Source: Enoplolaimus lenunculus
Taxonomy: Eukaryota
NCBI GenBank assembly: GCA_030248215.1
Contig: JASANG010004131.1
Coordinates: forward strand, 310,001 to 374,000
Reading direction: 5' to 3'
Length of the DNA: 64,000 nt
Positions 51,201 through 64,000 of this stretch are shown piece after piece. The notes under the pieces were generated by a model. It worked only from the letters and a program-made list of their open reading frames with translations, ran no database searches and was not told the origin of the DNA. Each line of letters begins with the position of its first letter. The stretch's first letter is position 1. A program made the translations under genes and the position numbers.

Positions 51201-54200
51201 GTTAATGTCCGGTTCCTGTAAGAAATCCACTGTCAGGCAGGGTTTAACCGGAATTTCGTGCAAAAATTCCACTCCTGTTCGTGTTCCGACGTTAAAAGAT
51301 GCAGGATTCGTATTTTTACGGTTGTTTTGCGTCAAATTATAAAGGGCGAGCTTAACAATTAATTCCTGTTTGTACTCTACTATTCGGTGATTTATCCGAT
51401 CGCATCTTTGTAATAGTTGCCTCTCCAGCCGGAGTTGCGCTATACTTGACGCCCAGCACCGACCATCACCGTGCATCACTCGTACGGCGGACAGTGACGG
51501 CCCGTACGGCACCGTCGCGTCGTACGGGTTACGCACGGTGACGGACGGCGCCGTACGAGTGACGGACGGCACCGGATGTCAAGTATAGCGCAACCCTTAA
51601 TGCGGTATGGGCAAAATCGCAACTATGTATGTTTTGTCTTCAAACTAATATATGAACGCATTTAAGTTTGTGACGAGTAACGCCTGTTTCGGTGACTAAC
51701 ATGGAATGATTTATTGTTTAGGTCGTTTATTGGGTCATATGCTCACAAACTGAAGATACGAATACTTCAAACGAAACTGTTGTTGCATAAGTATTTCAAT
51801 AAAGTATGTGCTCATTTATGCCCATTAACCAGTCGGTTATGGTTTTGTTCCATTATTGTGAAAATGTGTATTAATCATATTAAGAGTATCGGTTTTTGCT
51901 TTTATGCTGTGGTAAGTCTCCAAGTTCCGAATTATTGAGCTTTGGCAGTCAGTAAATAAAGCCCGCTTTCATACGGTTATCTTTTTGTGACGCTCAAATG
52001 TAATGATGTTTTGATCAAGCAAGAAAAATAAGGACTGCTAGTCAAAGTAGTGTAGATAGGGATCCTCATACCGTTTGCAACTACATAGTAACGTGGGAAA
52101 GTAACCGCGCAGGGATTCGAACTCACGACCCTCGGATGTTCAAACAGACGCTCTACCACTTGGCCGCTCAGCAACCCGGCTCTCCTACTTTCATCGTCGA
52201 CATTATATCGATATGCAAACAGAATCTATATACAGTGCGTTGTATTATGCGCAAGCAAGCAAAAGCATACCTTACAAGATCGACTACAGAGTCTTTACAG
52301 GAAACATTTGTGTAACACTTTAGAATACAAGCATTGAAGTGCTTAATTCAACTGTTGAAGACTTATGCTGTGAACAACTTCATCCGTCGACCAGGTTCTA
52401 TTGTGAATGGATATGTGTTGTTGTCTGTCTAATGCATCCTGAGCTTGATTTCGCATCCAAGGAATCTGAGGTAGTGGTTTTGCAATATTTTGTTCCTGGT
52501 TCAGTTGAACTAAAATACCGAACACGTTCCCATTAACAAATTATTGCGAAGCTTTTGCAAATTTGATCTGCTTTTATTCAGGATTGCTCTATGCTAATAT
52601 TATATTTTTTGTTCGTGTTAGGTTCGAGTTAAAATCGTTGTACAAATATTTTTGTACAGAAAACGCCAAAAATATTTCAAACCGACATTTCGATGTAAGA
52701 GTCGGTAGCTTATCACCGGCACGTCCGCATTTTAGCGAACTTTAAAACAAGGACGTCCTTTACGATTTTTTTGTTTTCAGATGAGTAGCAAGCGCATAGG
52801 AAGTGTTTGTTCATGGTGCGCTGTAATGACACATTATGTTTTGCGGAAACTCAGAGAGCAGCAACATACTGTTGCCAACGAGGTAAAGTTACTGAAGCGT
52901 CCAGTGACACTAATTTATTATTAAATCTGTTTTTCAGATGCCAAGGACGCATGTTTCACCACTTAAGATTTTACCCTTGGTTGAGCCCTCCCACTCAAGT
53001 TTTCACCCTCTGGTTAATTTCACGTTCCTCACATTTTTCTGAAAAAATAGTATTAATTAAACATACCCTCTCGCGTCGATCATATGTCTTATATATTTGA
53101 TCAGTGTTTAATTGTGGTTTTTACTATGTGGTTAGTTGTATGTAGGCGTAACTAAACACTGACTAGTGCAACAATATGTCTCATTGCATAACAAAGAGTA
53201 TGGAATTGCAAACCAGAGCTTTATACATGCATGCAATAAGCAGGATACGTAGTGTGCAACTCTGAATAGTTCAGAGTTGTATGAGTAACTGACAGCAAAT
53301 TTTTTCAATTGTACATTTTGAAATTACGCCAGAAGGAAAAATATTATTGCAATTAGTTTTTCTTGTGGGATTGTCAGGAATTTAACTTGTTAAGCTATTA
53401 TTTATACGTTTCAGCGATCAGGCAATATGAATCAGCGAGCAACCACCGCTGTCGAAAATATTTCAAACCTAGTCAAACATTTAGTTTCACGTCTCAGTGC
53501 ATGGGCAACATCGCAAACATTCTCTGTTCGTGTTTGGGCAATGGCTTGTTTACGGAAACTGCATAAAAATACAAACCTTTGCTCGAAACAACAAGACTTC
53601 AACAGCCTCATTTGGGACGCCATCTCGACGTTTGATTTAGAATCAAGGTTAGTATGAACTGGCTGTCCAACTTCTTAAACGAACACTAACGACAACGTAT
53701 TTTGATAAAAAGTAGCCTAATCTGTTTGTTACCGTTGTGAAAACAGTGTTATCATCCAGAATTTTGTACACTTTCGCCCGAGATTTAAGGTTAAGACTAA
53801 AGCTTAATCTTGCGCATACTAGATTAGTTATTTTTTAAACTTAACCTAAGCCCAACCGTGTGCAAACTGCAGATCGGAAACAACTGTGCAGTTTATTTTC
53901 GCGAACACGGTCGGTGTATAAAAAAGAAAGGTCGTGTCGAGATAGTTTCTTCTTGTAGCTTTGACTAAAAATATTTTTGACGTCCAAACAAACGTACATT
54001 GTTCATGCGTTTGTGAAAGCTTATTGTGTATGCTTAATTTTAAAATATGTATGTTTGAAAACCCAATATTGCAGCTTGGTACGCCGTTTTTCTTCACTGA
54101 GTGCGCCATCTAACATCAAATTAGGATACACATGTAATCATTAATTTTTCGAATCTGAGAATTCGAATTCAAAACATGCATAGTTTTTGTAGCAAGCCAT

Positions 54201-57200
54201 GCTGAACGAATGTTGAGTGTTGGACATTTGTGATCGCGGTAGTTCACCAATATAAAACCACCCAGTATCGAAATTGGAAAAATCAGGAAAAGGACCGTCG
54301 GAAAGTAAAAATGGTAGACCAGATCTTCTACCTGAACCGGATAGTAAAAATAACACTGTTATCGAAAAATTAATTTTCTGTGCGGGTTGCACCCTGATGC
54401 AGACCATACTAGCCTTTTGATTGTAACACACGTAAGAATGTGCTTAGAGGACTGAAATTGGCTTCTTAAAGCGGTCTGTCTGAACGCTAATAAATCCCGT
54501 TGATTTTGAAGGAACTTTATGAAAACGGTTCAACGCGTTCTTGACGATTTTTATTTTAAAAAGTTTGATCCAATATCAAATTTGACGGTACAGGTGAGTG
54601 CGAAGTGTTTAACTTACTATAAATTCCTTAAGAATATATATTTTGTGTTGGTTTGAAAATAATTTTATGTACTAAATGTGCAATTTTTATTGTTTCCATT
54701 TCTTCAATGTGTGTTGTTGCACAGTAAAACAAGTAAAGTACATTGAGTTTCGCTGTCAATATTCTATCTCCATCAGTGACTACTATTAAATAAGCCGGCA
54801 ATGTTCAAATTTCCTGTCATACTTTTATTCATAAGCACGGCAGAAGACGGTGGTTAAATAAATCATTCTTGATCATACACAGAAAACCATTACCAGTGGC
54901 ATCTCAGTCTTAAGGAAAAAAATATTTTAGTAAACTCAAAATAATCTTGTTTTTTACTATTCTGGCATTGTGTGAAAGTAAATGTAATTTGCCTGCAGAT
55001 ATTTGGGCCAATGTATAGGGCACGGAGATAAGCCTAAGCTGAAGCGTATGCACAAAAATTGTGTAACGTTTAAGCTTGCCTTATTTCAATCCCACGGGAT
55101 GTCCCGCCCCTGATCTTTACATGGGGCGGGGCGACGGTTGTTTTATTTCAGGACATATTGTTATATATTCCAAAACTGCTGGGGTTACCTCACGAAGAAA
55201 TTTGTCTACTATATTACGCTATTATTGGTGATACAGCGGTTTCTTTGAGAGACACTGACGTCGTGTCGTTAATCTGGAAAGGTCAGTTAAAATTTCTGTG
55301 GTTTAATATGTGTTAATGTATATTGAAACTGTTGAATGCAACAAGAATTTTGATTATTGTTTTTGATGTTAATGTTATAAATTTTGACTTTGAATTTTGA
55401 CTTTGACGGTCAAACTAAAAGATGCTCAAAAGCAACATTATTCATTGTTCAATTTTATTATAATTACATATTTTTTCGGAGCAGTAATAGTAATTGCACG
55501 CTCGGAACAGTAGCACGCACAATAGCTAACCAATTAATTTTATATTAAGCTTACTCATTTTTGTTGTTTTTAAACAATAACTTTGTGAATTTTGTGGATT
55601 ATGCACGTTGAACTTTTCACGTTTTTAGCATATTATCAAAAAAAGACAAGAAAACTAACGCTGCTGTATAACATTGATATTGAAGCAAAAGCTAGCCAGG
55701 ATTTTGAAAAAGATTACGTTACATAAAAAAATTCCAACGTGAGTGTTTCTAATGTTACCAACTGAAAAAGTTTCTAAAACATCTATGTAGTGGCGACATC
55801 CTTGGTTTTTCGATTACTACTGAATTTAGTTGACACAAGTACGGCAAATCAGTGTGATAAAGAGTCACAATATGACAACCGCTTGGAAGAAGCATCGACA
55901 AATGTGACGCCTTTGCAACGTAAAATAGATCTAACAAATCCAGCGGGTTTACCAGAAAATTTTCGAAAAATGCGAATTTGTTGCGGAGATACGAATGGCA
56001 CGCAATTCCAAAGACCGCAATTAATTGTAGTTGCGTCACTGCTAGATCGACCTTCAAATCTTGGAGGTTAGATCCTGTATTTAAAATTCAGTCATATTTC
56101 TGGCTTCTCCGCAGCGGGGGGCCCCCAGCACTTTTCGAAATTTTCATTTTCCCCCCGGCGAAAATTTTGCCGCCCCCAGGAAAGGCCCCCGGCGAATTTT
56201 GGGCCGCCCCCCCAGCAAATTTTTTTGCTGGGGGCCCCAGGACTTTTCTAGGTCAAAAATTTTCAATGTTAAAACGTAAAGACCTGGACTTCTTTTGAGG
56301 CGGACATTCGGCAAAATATGATTTTATATTACGCTGAGTACTCATAATTTTTAATAGCGTTACAAATACCCGTAGGAACTACTACAATTCAATAATGAAC
56401 TGAAAAAGCACAATTATATAAAAACCGTTTCAGGGCATACAGCATTCGAAAGTACCTTGCAGCAGCAAGTTCAACCCGCCTGACGCCTGAGCCTTATGAT
56501 AAATTGAAGCTGTGACTAATGTACAAAAAATATGTTAATCACAGTTTCAATTATAGATTATCTATATTTTATATAATTGTGATTCTTTCAACTTCTGGTT
56601 AAGTTGTCAGTATATACGTAATATTAGTTAAAAGTATTGTTAAAAGCGTTTGCGAGAATTTTTGTCATGTTGAGCGATGAGTAATCTTACGTTGAGTTGG
56701 AAACACGGTCTAGAATGAAAAAAATGGTCCAAAAAAGTCGGTTTGCAAAATTTTAAGCCTGCCCCCCAGGACCCCCCAGATCATCTGGGGCACCCCAGGA
56801 AAACTGCCCCCCAGCAAAATAAGCTGCCCCCCAGGAAACTCATGAAACCCCCCTCAGGAAACGCCCCCCGGCGGAAATTTTCAAGCTGTGGAGAAGCCAG
56901 TATTTGAGCATTGTTTTGAACAAAACATTGCCGCAGAAGTTTTATACTTGCATTGATTTGTTAAATTGGTCTAAGAACACATTTTTATTAATACTTAAAT
57001 CCCGTGTTTAGAAGCCGGGTCATTAGAAAATAGTGTGTTTTGTAATATGTCTTAGTTTGGTTATTGTGGTTTTTTCACTTGAATTATGGTTTTAATCCGT
57101 ATAAATTGTGGTTTTCTGCATTTAACTAAACATCATGTAAATCTTCACTAAATTGTATTGCAAGAAATAAGAATAGTAAAATATCAAAATGATCCCGGTT

Positions 57201-58328
57201 GCTGTGTTTTAGGACTGTCCAGGACGTGCGAAATAATGGGTGTCTCACAGTTGGTTATCGGTAACAATCGCATGCTGAATGATTCACAGTTTAAAAGTCT
57301 TGCGGTCACATCTGATAAGTGGATTGACATTGTTGAGGTGCGTACTTATTTATAATTGCCAAACTAATCGATTACATGTGTCAAAAGCATTTTGAAAAAA
57401 ATTGCTTCGTTTCTCGTGTACTGCTGACGCAAATATTCTTGTTCCTTGTAAAACTTATGGCAATATCGTGTCGTAGGTTAATGGTTTTAAGGGGAACGCA
57501 GTTGTTTACCAACGCCTGTATTCAGACGGGTAAATCAATTTGGTTGTCACAGTGCTATATTGTTGTGATGAGACTAGCAGGATCAAGACGATTGTTATCC
57601 GGGAAATATCCAGAAGTGTCTGATTTGGCGCGCTAAATCTAACAATCGGAATAGTTTGAGCGAGGAACCAAACGCAGTTTAGTACTAAATCGCTGTACAT
57701 GTACAAATTTTTGAGTTTCGTTCCAGATTAAGGACCGAGGATTGGGTAGCCCCTTGGATCGGCTAGTGGGTTCATGTTCCTGTACATGTGCGTGAAAAGA
57801 TTTTAAAACATGTAATCTGATAAATTTGAACGCATTTAATTTAACAGTCGCTTCTAAATTATTGCACTCAATGTAGAAAATTCTGTTTTGTTTTCTAGGT
57901 ACATTCAAATGATCTGTCATCCTATTTAAACGAACTTGGCACAAACGGATGGACAGTAATCGGTTGTGAACAGATGACACAAAGTGTTACGTTACCATCG
58001 TTTCGTTATCCACGAAAAACTGTACTTCTTTTGGGGTATGGAAATCTGTCGTTATTTCGCGTAAAATGTGCTGTGTGAGCTAACGATTATCGTTAGGTAA
58101 ATGCTTCGTGGGAGAGTAGAACTCAATTTCTGAGTTCACACCACGAATAAACTAAATTTTGTGATGAATGATTATTTCAGGAACGAAAAATATGGCATTC
58201 CGCCAAATTTGTTGCATTGCTGCGAGCTGTTTGTGGAAATACCGCAAATTGGTATTACTCGTTCGTTAAATGTTCATGTCAGTGGCGCATTAATGATATG
58301 GGAATGGGCAAAACAGTATCGAATTTAA
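33225..58328 (+). CDS. TARBP1: TARBP1/Trm3 tRNA (guanosine-18 2'-O) methyltransferase, SpoU family, about 1550 aa, about 32 exons
   Basis: Phase-consistent model: 33225-33657, 33763-33829, 33886-33916, 34577-34810, 35085-35244, 35363-35449, 35885-36045, 36426-36516, 37843-37994, 38137-38189, 38864-38994, 39524-39608(?), 40515-40756, 41948-42144, 43989-44096, 44614-44727, 45200-45279(?), 46996-47197, 47890-48060, 48695-48861, 49682-49786, 50547-50711, 51722-51803, 52324-52470, 52781-52882, 53415-53647, 54512-54593, 55152-55281, 55830-56066, 57213-57337, 57899-58035, 58181-58328. TARBP1-like motifs include [25 protein letters not shown] and [10 protein letters not shown]. The start codon and several N-terminal exons are uncertain. 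Confidence 0.88.
43395..43812. repeat. acttaagta-rich repeat/MITE in a TARBP1 intron
   Basis: Many cttaagta and tacgtaag palindromic units ending ggtttcagaaaccctg; fragment at about 44170-44215. Confidence 0.55.
44735..45066 (-). mobile_element. 5'-truncated non-LTR retrotransposon (I-group/Ingi-like 3' end) with (CAA)n tail
   Basis: [45 protein letters not shown]...[14 protein letters not shown] contains the C-terminal CCHC knuckle of LINE ORF2, then a short 3' UTR and a (ttg)n tail on +. Confidence 0.88.
46236..46975. mobile_element. aatcgcg-rich MITE family (cagtcatggacagaattaa terminus) with a nested CCGGAT-rich hAT-like element (about 46340-46790)
   Basis: The same termini or interior occur at 39208-39472, 45515-45720, 49333-49572 and 50290-50505, with fragments near 35610, 36775 and 48320. 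Confidence 0.7.
49800..49838. repeat. (GTTT)n microsatellite
   Basis: About 9 perfect units just after the 49787 donor. Confidence 0.95.
52104..52172 (-). other. tRNA-like sequence (SINE head or pseudogene) in a TARBP1 intron
   Basis: Minus strand cggccaagtggtagagcg (A box) ... gagttcgaatcc (B box); acceptor and T stems pair poorly. Confidence 0.55.
55830..58328 (+). CDS. TARBP1: TARBP1 C-terminal SpoU (SPOUT) catalytic domain, last four exons
   Basis: [46 protein letters not shown] and [24 protein letters not shown] match SpoU motifs 1-3. Stop at 58326-58328. Confidence 0.96.
56100..56900. mobile_element. 801-bp TIR element with C-run subterminal repeats and apparent 5-bp TSD
   Basis: tattt|ctggcttctccgcagc ... 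gctgtggagaagccag|tattt (15/16 TIR match); many gccccccag units at both ends. Confidence 0.85.
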
Positions 58329-59519
58329 AAGCTAATCGGTTGTGTTGGAGGTCTAAAGACACTAAATAATATGACGAAAGTGAACATTCGAGATGATTCT
58401 AGTAAAATCATACCGAGTATGATTTTGCAGTGTCTTGTGCATAACTTAAGCCCTCTAGTTTATTGAATTAAAGCCTACAAATTTTGGCATTTTAATACTA
58501 ATAAATTTTACATTTGGTGTAACCTCGGAAAAAATAAAGTAACAAATTGTTGATGCAATATTTTAGTGGTAACATTTTCAGTTACTATGTAATGAAAAAA
58601 TTTTCACTTAGTCTTTGACCCTTTCCTGCAAAGAATGTACATACAATAGCAAGTAATTGCAAATTGGGCTGCTCTAATCAATCAATATACACAATGCATA
58701 GTGTTTAACAATTAATACACGTACACATGCATACTACAAAACCTTCACAGAACGTGAGAGCTCCTCGGACTCGAGCGTCAAGTATCTTATAGCTTAATAG
58801 CGGTAATGGTAAACGCCTGTCACTGGTGAGACCCGTGTTAAAATCCTGGCTTAAAAATGTTTTTCTAAAATAAAAATAAACAGGAAAGAATTAATACCTG
58901 GCCTTTTAGTGTATAAAATATGTACCCGTTTTTGCTTTGGACATTATTACGCAGTTCGCAGTCCTATAACGCTAGGAATAAACCCTACGACATAATATGT
59001 AGCATTTTGTTTTTAATGTACAAAGTTGTATTCAATTATTTGTGTATTTTACGTTTCTTTATTTCAAAATAAATTGCTGTCAAATACCTACTGCCTTGTA
59101 GTACGACACTAGGAAAAAGGTCGGAGCATCAAACAAATATATAGAGAGATTGAAAATTATGACTCTATTTTAAGGATATGTGCAATTTAGAATACCATGT
59201 AAAATGAAGGTAAAAGCTACAAAAACAGGAAGAAAACGTGTAATATTCAGATTGGAGTGGACAGTACGCAATATTGCCCAGAGCACACAATATCAAAGTG
59301 TCGAATATCCAAAGGCAGATCTCCGGTTGTACGCAGGCTGTCAATGACTTGCGGTGGTGCTAGTTGATATAGTTTCAGCGAAGTACGTTTAAAGACGTGC
59401 TGATTAAGCATAAAAATTAATATCCTTGCGCCAATATAACCTTGAAAGCAAAATTACACCGTGTTTTTCGAAATTTTGATACAAAATACCGAGCACCCGG
59501 TAGAATTTTGGGGTCTTTT

Positions 59520-60485
59520 CAGTTATCACCCAGCCCACGTTTGCCCAAAACTCGTTGGATTTAAAACATTTTGGCAATTTGAGCTTATCGTTACTTCCCC
59601 CAATCATTTCACGCCTAGATTTGAATTTTTGAAAAATTCAATTTTTAAATGCCCTAAGATCCACCCTTTGGACGTACAAAATTTTCTGTCAAACAAAAAG
59701 TTGGACATATTATATGCCGTTTGCTGCAGCTTACGAAGCCGAGTCCAATGGTTTTAAATTTTGCGCCTTCCGACGACTGGTCAACGAATTATGGTCAAAT
59801 AACTGATTTGGCGCCTACCCAAATGTTGGCAGCGCCAAATCAGTTATTTGACAATAACTCGTCAGCCGACCGTTTGATGGCAAAAAATTTAACATCATTT
59901 GACTCGGCTTCGAACGCTGCATTGAATGTATAGTTTGTCAATCTTTTTGTCAAACAAAAATTTTTTGGGTCCAGGGGACCTCGGGGCCTTAACTCTTTCA
60001 CTCATAGAGTATACTATGAGCAACTAAATACAATAATGTAAGAGCAATACACACACTGTGAGCAGTGTTTAACATTTATAACATATGCGCAGTGCAAAAT
60101 CTCCACAAGACGTGAAAGCCTACTTGGGCTCGAGCGTCAAGCTCCTATAGCTCCGTGGTCATCGTAAACGCCTCCCACCCGATATGCGCAGTGCAAAATC
60201 TCCACAAGATGTGAAAGCCTACTTGGGCTCGAGCGTCAAGCTCCTATAGCTCCGTGGTCATCGTAAACGCCTCCCACCCGTGAGACTGGGGTTCGAATCT
60301 TACCTTGAAAATACACCTCATATGAAATTGAAAATATTCATGTGAAAAAGGGGTAAAAAATCGAATTTTTCAAAAATTCAAATTTAGGCTTGAAATGATC
60401 AGGGGAGGTCATGAGAAGATCAAATATGCAAAAATTTGTAAAATCGATCGATCTATTTTCGGGCAAACGCGGACTGGGGGATAAT
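59520..60485. mobile_element. Fold-back element with nested TTAA element (59989-60357) that has an internal tandem duplication of about 98 bp
   Basis: Central palindrome at about 59795-59855; 60084-60181 is repeated at 60182-60280. Confidence 0.8.
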
Positions 60486-63400
60486 AGAAAAGACACCTCA
60501 AGTTCGAAGATACGTTTTGAATTTAATCCACGCAAGTAGCTGTGAGACTAATTGAAAATAAACACATATAAGCTTAATCTACTGTTACGGCCTTAAACGT
60601 AACATTGGCCAATTTTTAATCAAAAATAGGTGCATGCCAATTTGATAGTCTAACCTGAAACGGATATTATACGACGTTATAGAATATTGTTTAAATTTAA
60701 ATTTTTATACATAGCTCTTCTAATCACTGTAATTCGTTTAATAGGTACAGTCGGAAAGACAAATTCGGAGACATCCAAAAATATATATACTTTATTTTAC
60801 GTGCGTATAAATTCATTAGTTGCTTTGTCGCCCCGCAACCAGAGCAATTCCCATATTGGATCAAAATTGTATTTGAAAGTTTTAGTGAAGTGACTAAGTA
60901 ATTTTGTTCTTAGTGTATGCTTACACTTTTAAAAGCACGTATCCAATTCAAACATGGAAATTACTAGTTTTCTGAATTAAACTTTTGCTTTCAGGAGCTC
61001 AGGCATTCAATTTAGCGCACTGTTATAATTAGTTTCTGATAAATATTATAGGACAATAGTATAGCAACATTCTATATACTGTACGAAGATATCTTATTAG
61101 CCCCTGCACTTCGAAACGCTGCTCAATATATTAAGAAGTTAAAAATAAAAACATTACAGAAATCAAATACACTATATAGTAGGCAAATTTTGCTCGTTTT
61201 GATTTCATGCCAATTTGGTGTATACATACAAATATCGCAACGCAGGCAAAACTTTAAACTTTACCTTGTGTATTTTGGTGAAATACTCCGTTAAAAACGT
61301 ACAAAGTACAGCTCATGCTGAAAGCAATAGCACTCGCCTGATAGGCACGCACCACTTCCGGAAACTCAAGTATCGTAGGTGTCCACTTTGCATCAATGTC
61401 CAGATTTTAGAAATCCAAATAATATATGGCCCCGTCAGACTCTGGTTGAATTGTGACGCGTTTCGAACACAAATACACCGCTCCCATTCTGTTCATTTTA
61501 AGAACTTTCCCTCACACTTAGAAAGTTGGAAAAAATTGCAAATTTAACATATACTCTATTCGTCTTTGTTTTCCATTCACGATACAGTCATGATGCATGC
61601 TCATTCATAAAATAGCACACAGATAATAATATAGTACTTACTTTGGAAATAAAGTATGCACAACTTTATTGTTCAGGATACATTTTCAGATATATATGTA
61701 TAAGTATATACTTGGCTATAATTGGCATCACCCTGGCAAGTTAGAATTGTGTACATACAAACGCACTTGGATTCTTTTCGCTTCGAAATTTTAAGGTGAA
61801 ATATTGAAAAATGTTTTTTTACAGTTTATAGGAACAATGAAATATGCGTTATTTTTATCCAAACTCAGGCAAAAATAAATGAACGTTCGCACTGTTAACT
61901 GTACTGTGCATATACTGACAGTGAATTATTAAATGGCTCGTGCCTTTCTGAATAATGATTTTTTGTGTTTTCCAACAAAACGAACATTTTACATGAAAGA
62001 TATATACAAGGTAAAATATACTTTAAATACTTAGAGCATTGAAAATTAACGCAATACTGAATATTGCTTATATATGTAGACAAAATATAAAACACGCCTC
62101 GGATTTTAGTTTTTAACAAAACTTTATCGCGACCACTGCATGAAAATTATCCAATTTTGAAATATTAACTTGGACGTGGGTCCAAGACTGCAATCCCTAG
62201 CCTACAAGCGCTCAGTTGGTTGTCGAACAGTGACACTATACATACAAACTTCCAAAAAATATATTTAACCGTACTCTCGTATGAAGCCTAAATCAGTTTA
62301 CCTCTTGAACGATAGTTTCGCACTAATCCTCTAAAGCGAAGTTCAGCAAAGCTTTGAAACTTTTCTCAAAAGTTATTTAAAAATTAAATTAGGTATGAAA
62401 ATGATTTTCTGTAACTTCGCAAATTACAGAAAAAGTCGCGTAAAATTAATCACTCATCATTTATTGGTTCAAAACTTATAGAAAGTAATCTTAAACTGAC
62501 AGCAATTTGAGCTCGCTTTTATTCAAACAAATTATCTGCTGAATCCATTTTGCCTGTTTATCTCTAGCAATTACATACGTTTACAATGTGTCTAAAGCAA
62601 ACAACCCATATATATGTGCACATCTACCACACCGGTGAAAGAAATTGCAACAACTGCATGGTATAGTGATATGGTGACATGTTTGGCTCGAGTACACGAT
62701 ATCCGAGGCTCAATCACGTTTGCAATGAGTCCTAAATTTTTCGCAAGGATTCTAAACAACATTAATACGTATATATACTGATGTTTTGTCATTACAATAT
62801 ATTATAAATTTAGGCCATTCACCATGCTCCAAACTTTATTGAGCGCACAAAACTTTTACGATAAGTTTCCCCCAAAACTATTTATATAGTCATTTCTTTT
62901 CCTGCTACAATTTCTCCCACAGATCGATATGTGAATAGAGTAGGTACTGTACGTAGTACACACACACACACGCATACCTACCTACCTATACCTACAACAA
63001 GCGACCAGCACGACAATAAATAGTGGACGGCAAGTCCGTTCGTCCTATTTAAGTAAACTTACAAAATTTACCACACTCAACATGTAAAATTATACATATT
63101 ATATCTCTGTGTGTACGTACAGCACGCATTAAAGAAATGTACACTGATGAATCCAAGAGGAACCTAGACCATGCTTCCTCCAACAGAGATCAAAACTAAA
63201 ATTTTGCATAAGACTTAATGCTGATAATCGCGTTTGATTTGTCCCTCGCTTCGTTTGCTAGCTTTTTTCACCGTTATACATCACGTCCCTTCCCCCGTCA
63301 AAAACTCCTGGATCCACGGCAGACAAAATTTATATATTTGCTCTTTTATATTTTCCCAAAATGAGTAATGATACACAATAACTTGGTCTTGGGTACTTGT

Positions 63401-64000
63401 TTACTTTCCTCTACGAACAAAAAGTTTCGCCTTAGACATAATAACTTGAATAATTTCGTTTACGTTTATTTACCTTCAGGCTTAACCATTTGTTTAGGCT
63501 TGGGCCCTGGAAAATTATAAACAGTACTGTTGAGGGGAATTTTGCCTTCTATCAAATTAACATTAGTGTCGCAAAGTAAACAAGTACTGTCATTGTGCGC
63601 TGAATAATGGTTTATTACTTAAGCTTTTTCAACTGGACAATTAATGTACAATTTTAATGAACGTTTAGGTTCCCAATGATTTGTCACAAATTCGAGTTTA
63701 CCTTATCATGATTTGGCGCACATTCAGGTAAGCTAAAATCAATTTTATCAACATGTGACGCCATAGATATTGGTTTAGAAGTGAATCTAAATTCCGTTTT
63801 TAATATTCTACAATATATATTTCATGCATGTTTTTGGTGATTTACACAAACGTCAAATTTTTCACAATCAAGTGTCATGAATACAGCAGATCGTTGGCTT
63901 CAAAGCATGTGATACTTAACATACGAGTCAGACCAGAGTTATAAATTGCAATTTAACTATTTGTTATGATTTCCAATGTTTGCAATCAATCTCTACGAAG

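Noticed and set aside
52104..52172. Functional tRNA gene (also 25648-25718)
   Set aside because: A/B boxes are present, but the stems do not form a proper cloverleaf by eye. Treated as SINE heads or pseudogenes.
57727..57795. ttccag candidate exon within the SpoU region
   Set aside because: It has an in-frame stop, and exon 57899-58035 supplies the expected conserved sequence.
60500..64000. Gene in the final 3.5 kb
   Set aside because: AT-rich with no recognisable exons; possibly UTR or intergenic sequence.

Overview
AT-rich eukaryotic genomic DNA with spliceosomal introns. TTTTCAG-type acceptors and degenerate TTAGGC motifs suggest a nematode, which is an inference. I reconstructed four intron-containing genes by hand: (1) the 3' end of a ZnT1/CDF-1 zinc exporter (+, 1359-2662); (2) a 4-exon MARVEL-domain membrane protein gene that the ORF track misses entirely (-, 16304-10481); (3) SDE2 (+, 5 exons, 24130-28516); (4) TARBP1/Trm3 SpoU tRNA methyltransferase (+, about 32 exons, 33225-58328), which includes one GC-AG intron. 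Introns and intergenic DNA are packed with nested non-autonomous DNA transposons (hAT-like with 8-bp TSDs, piggyBac-like TTAA, Harbinger-like, fold-back), tRNA-derived SINE-like pieces, a truncated LINE and a Helentron-like satellite. The MARVEL locus is the most unusual. A diverged inverted duplication of about 1 kb brackets exon 2, and its outer ends sit next to the exon-1 donor and an exon-3 acceptor that reads TTTTCAT instead of TTTTCAG. Relics of a tandem paralog lie downstream and may supply the last exon. All alignments were done by eye and family calls come from recalled protein sequences. No novel system is proven.
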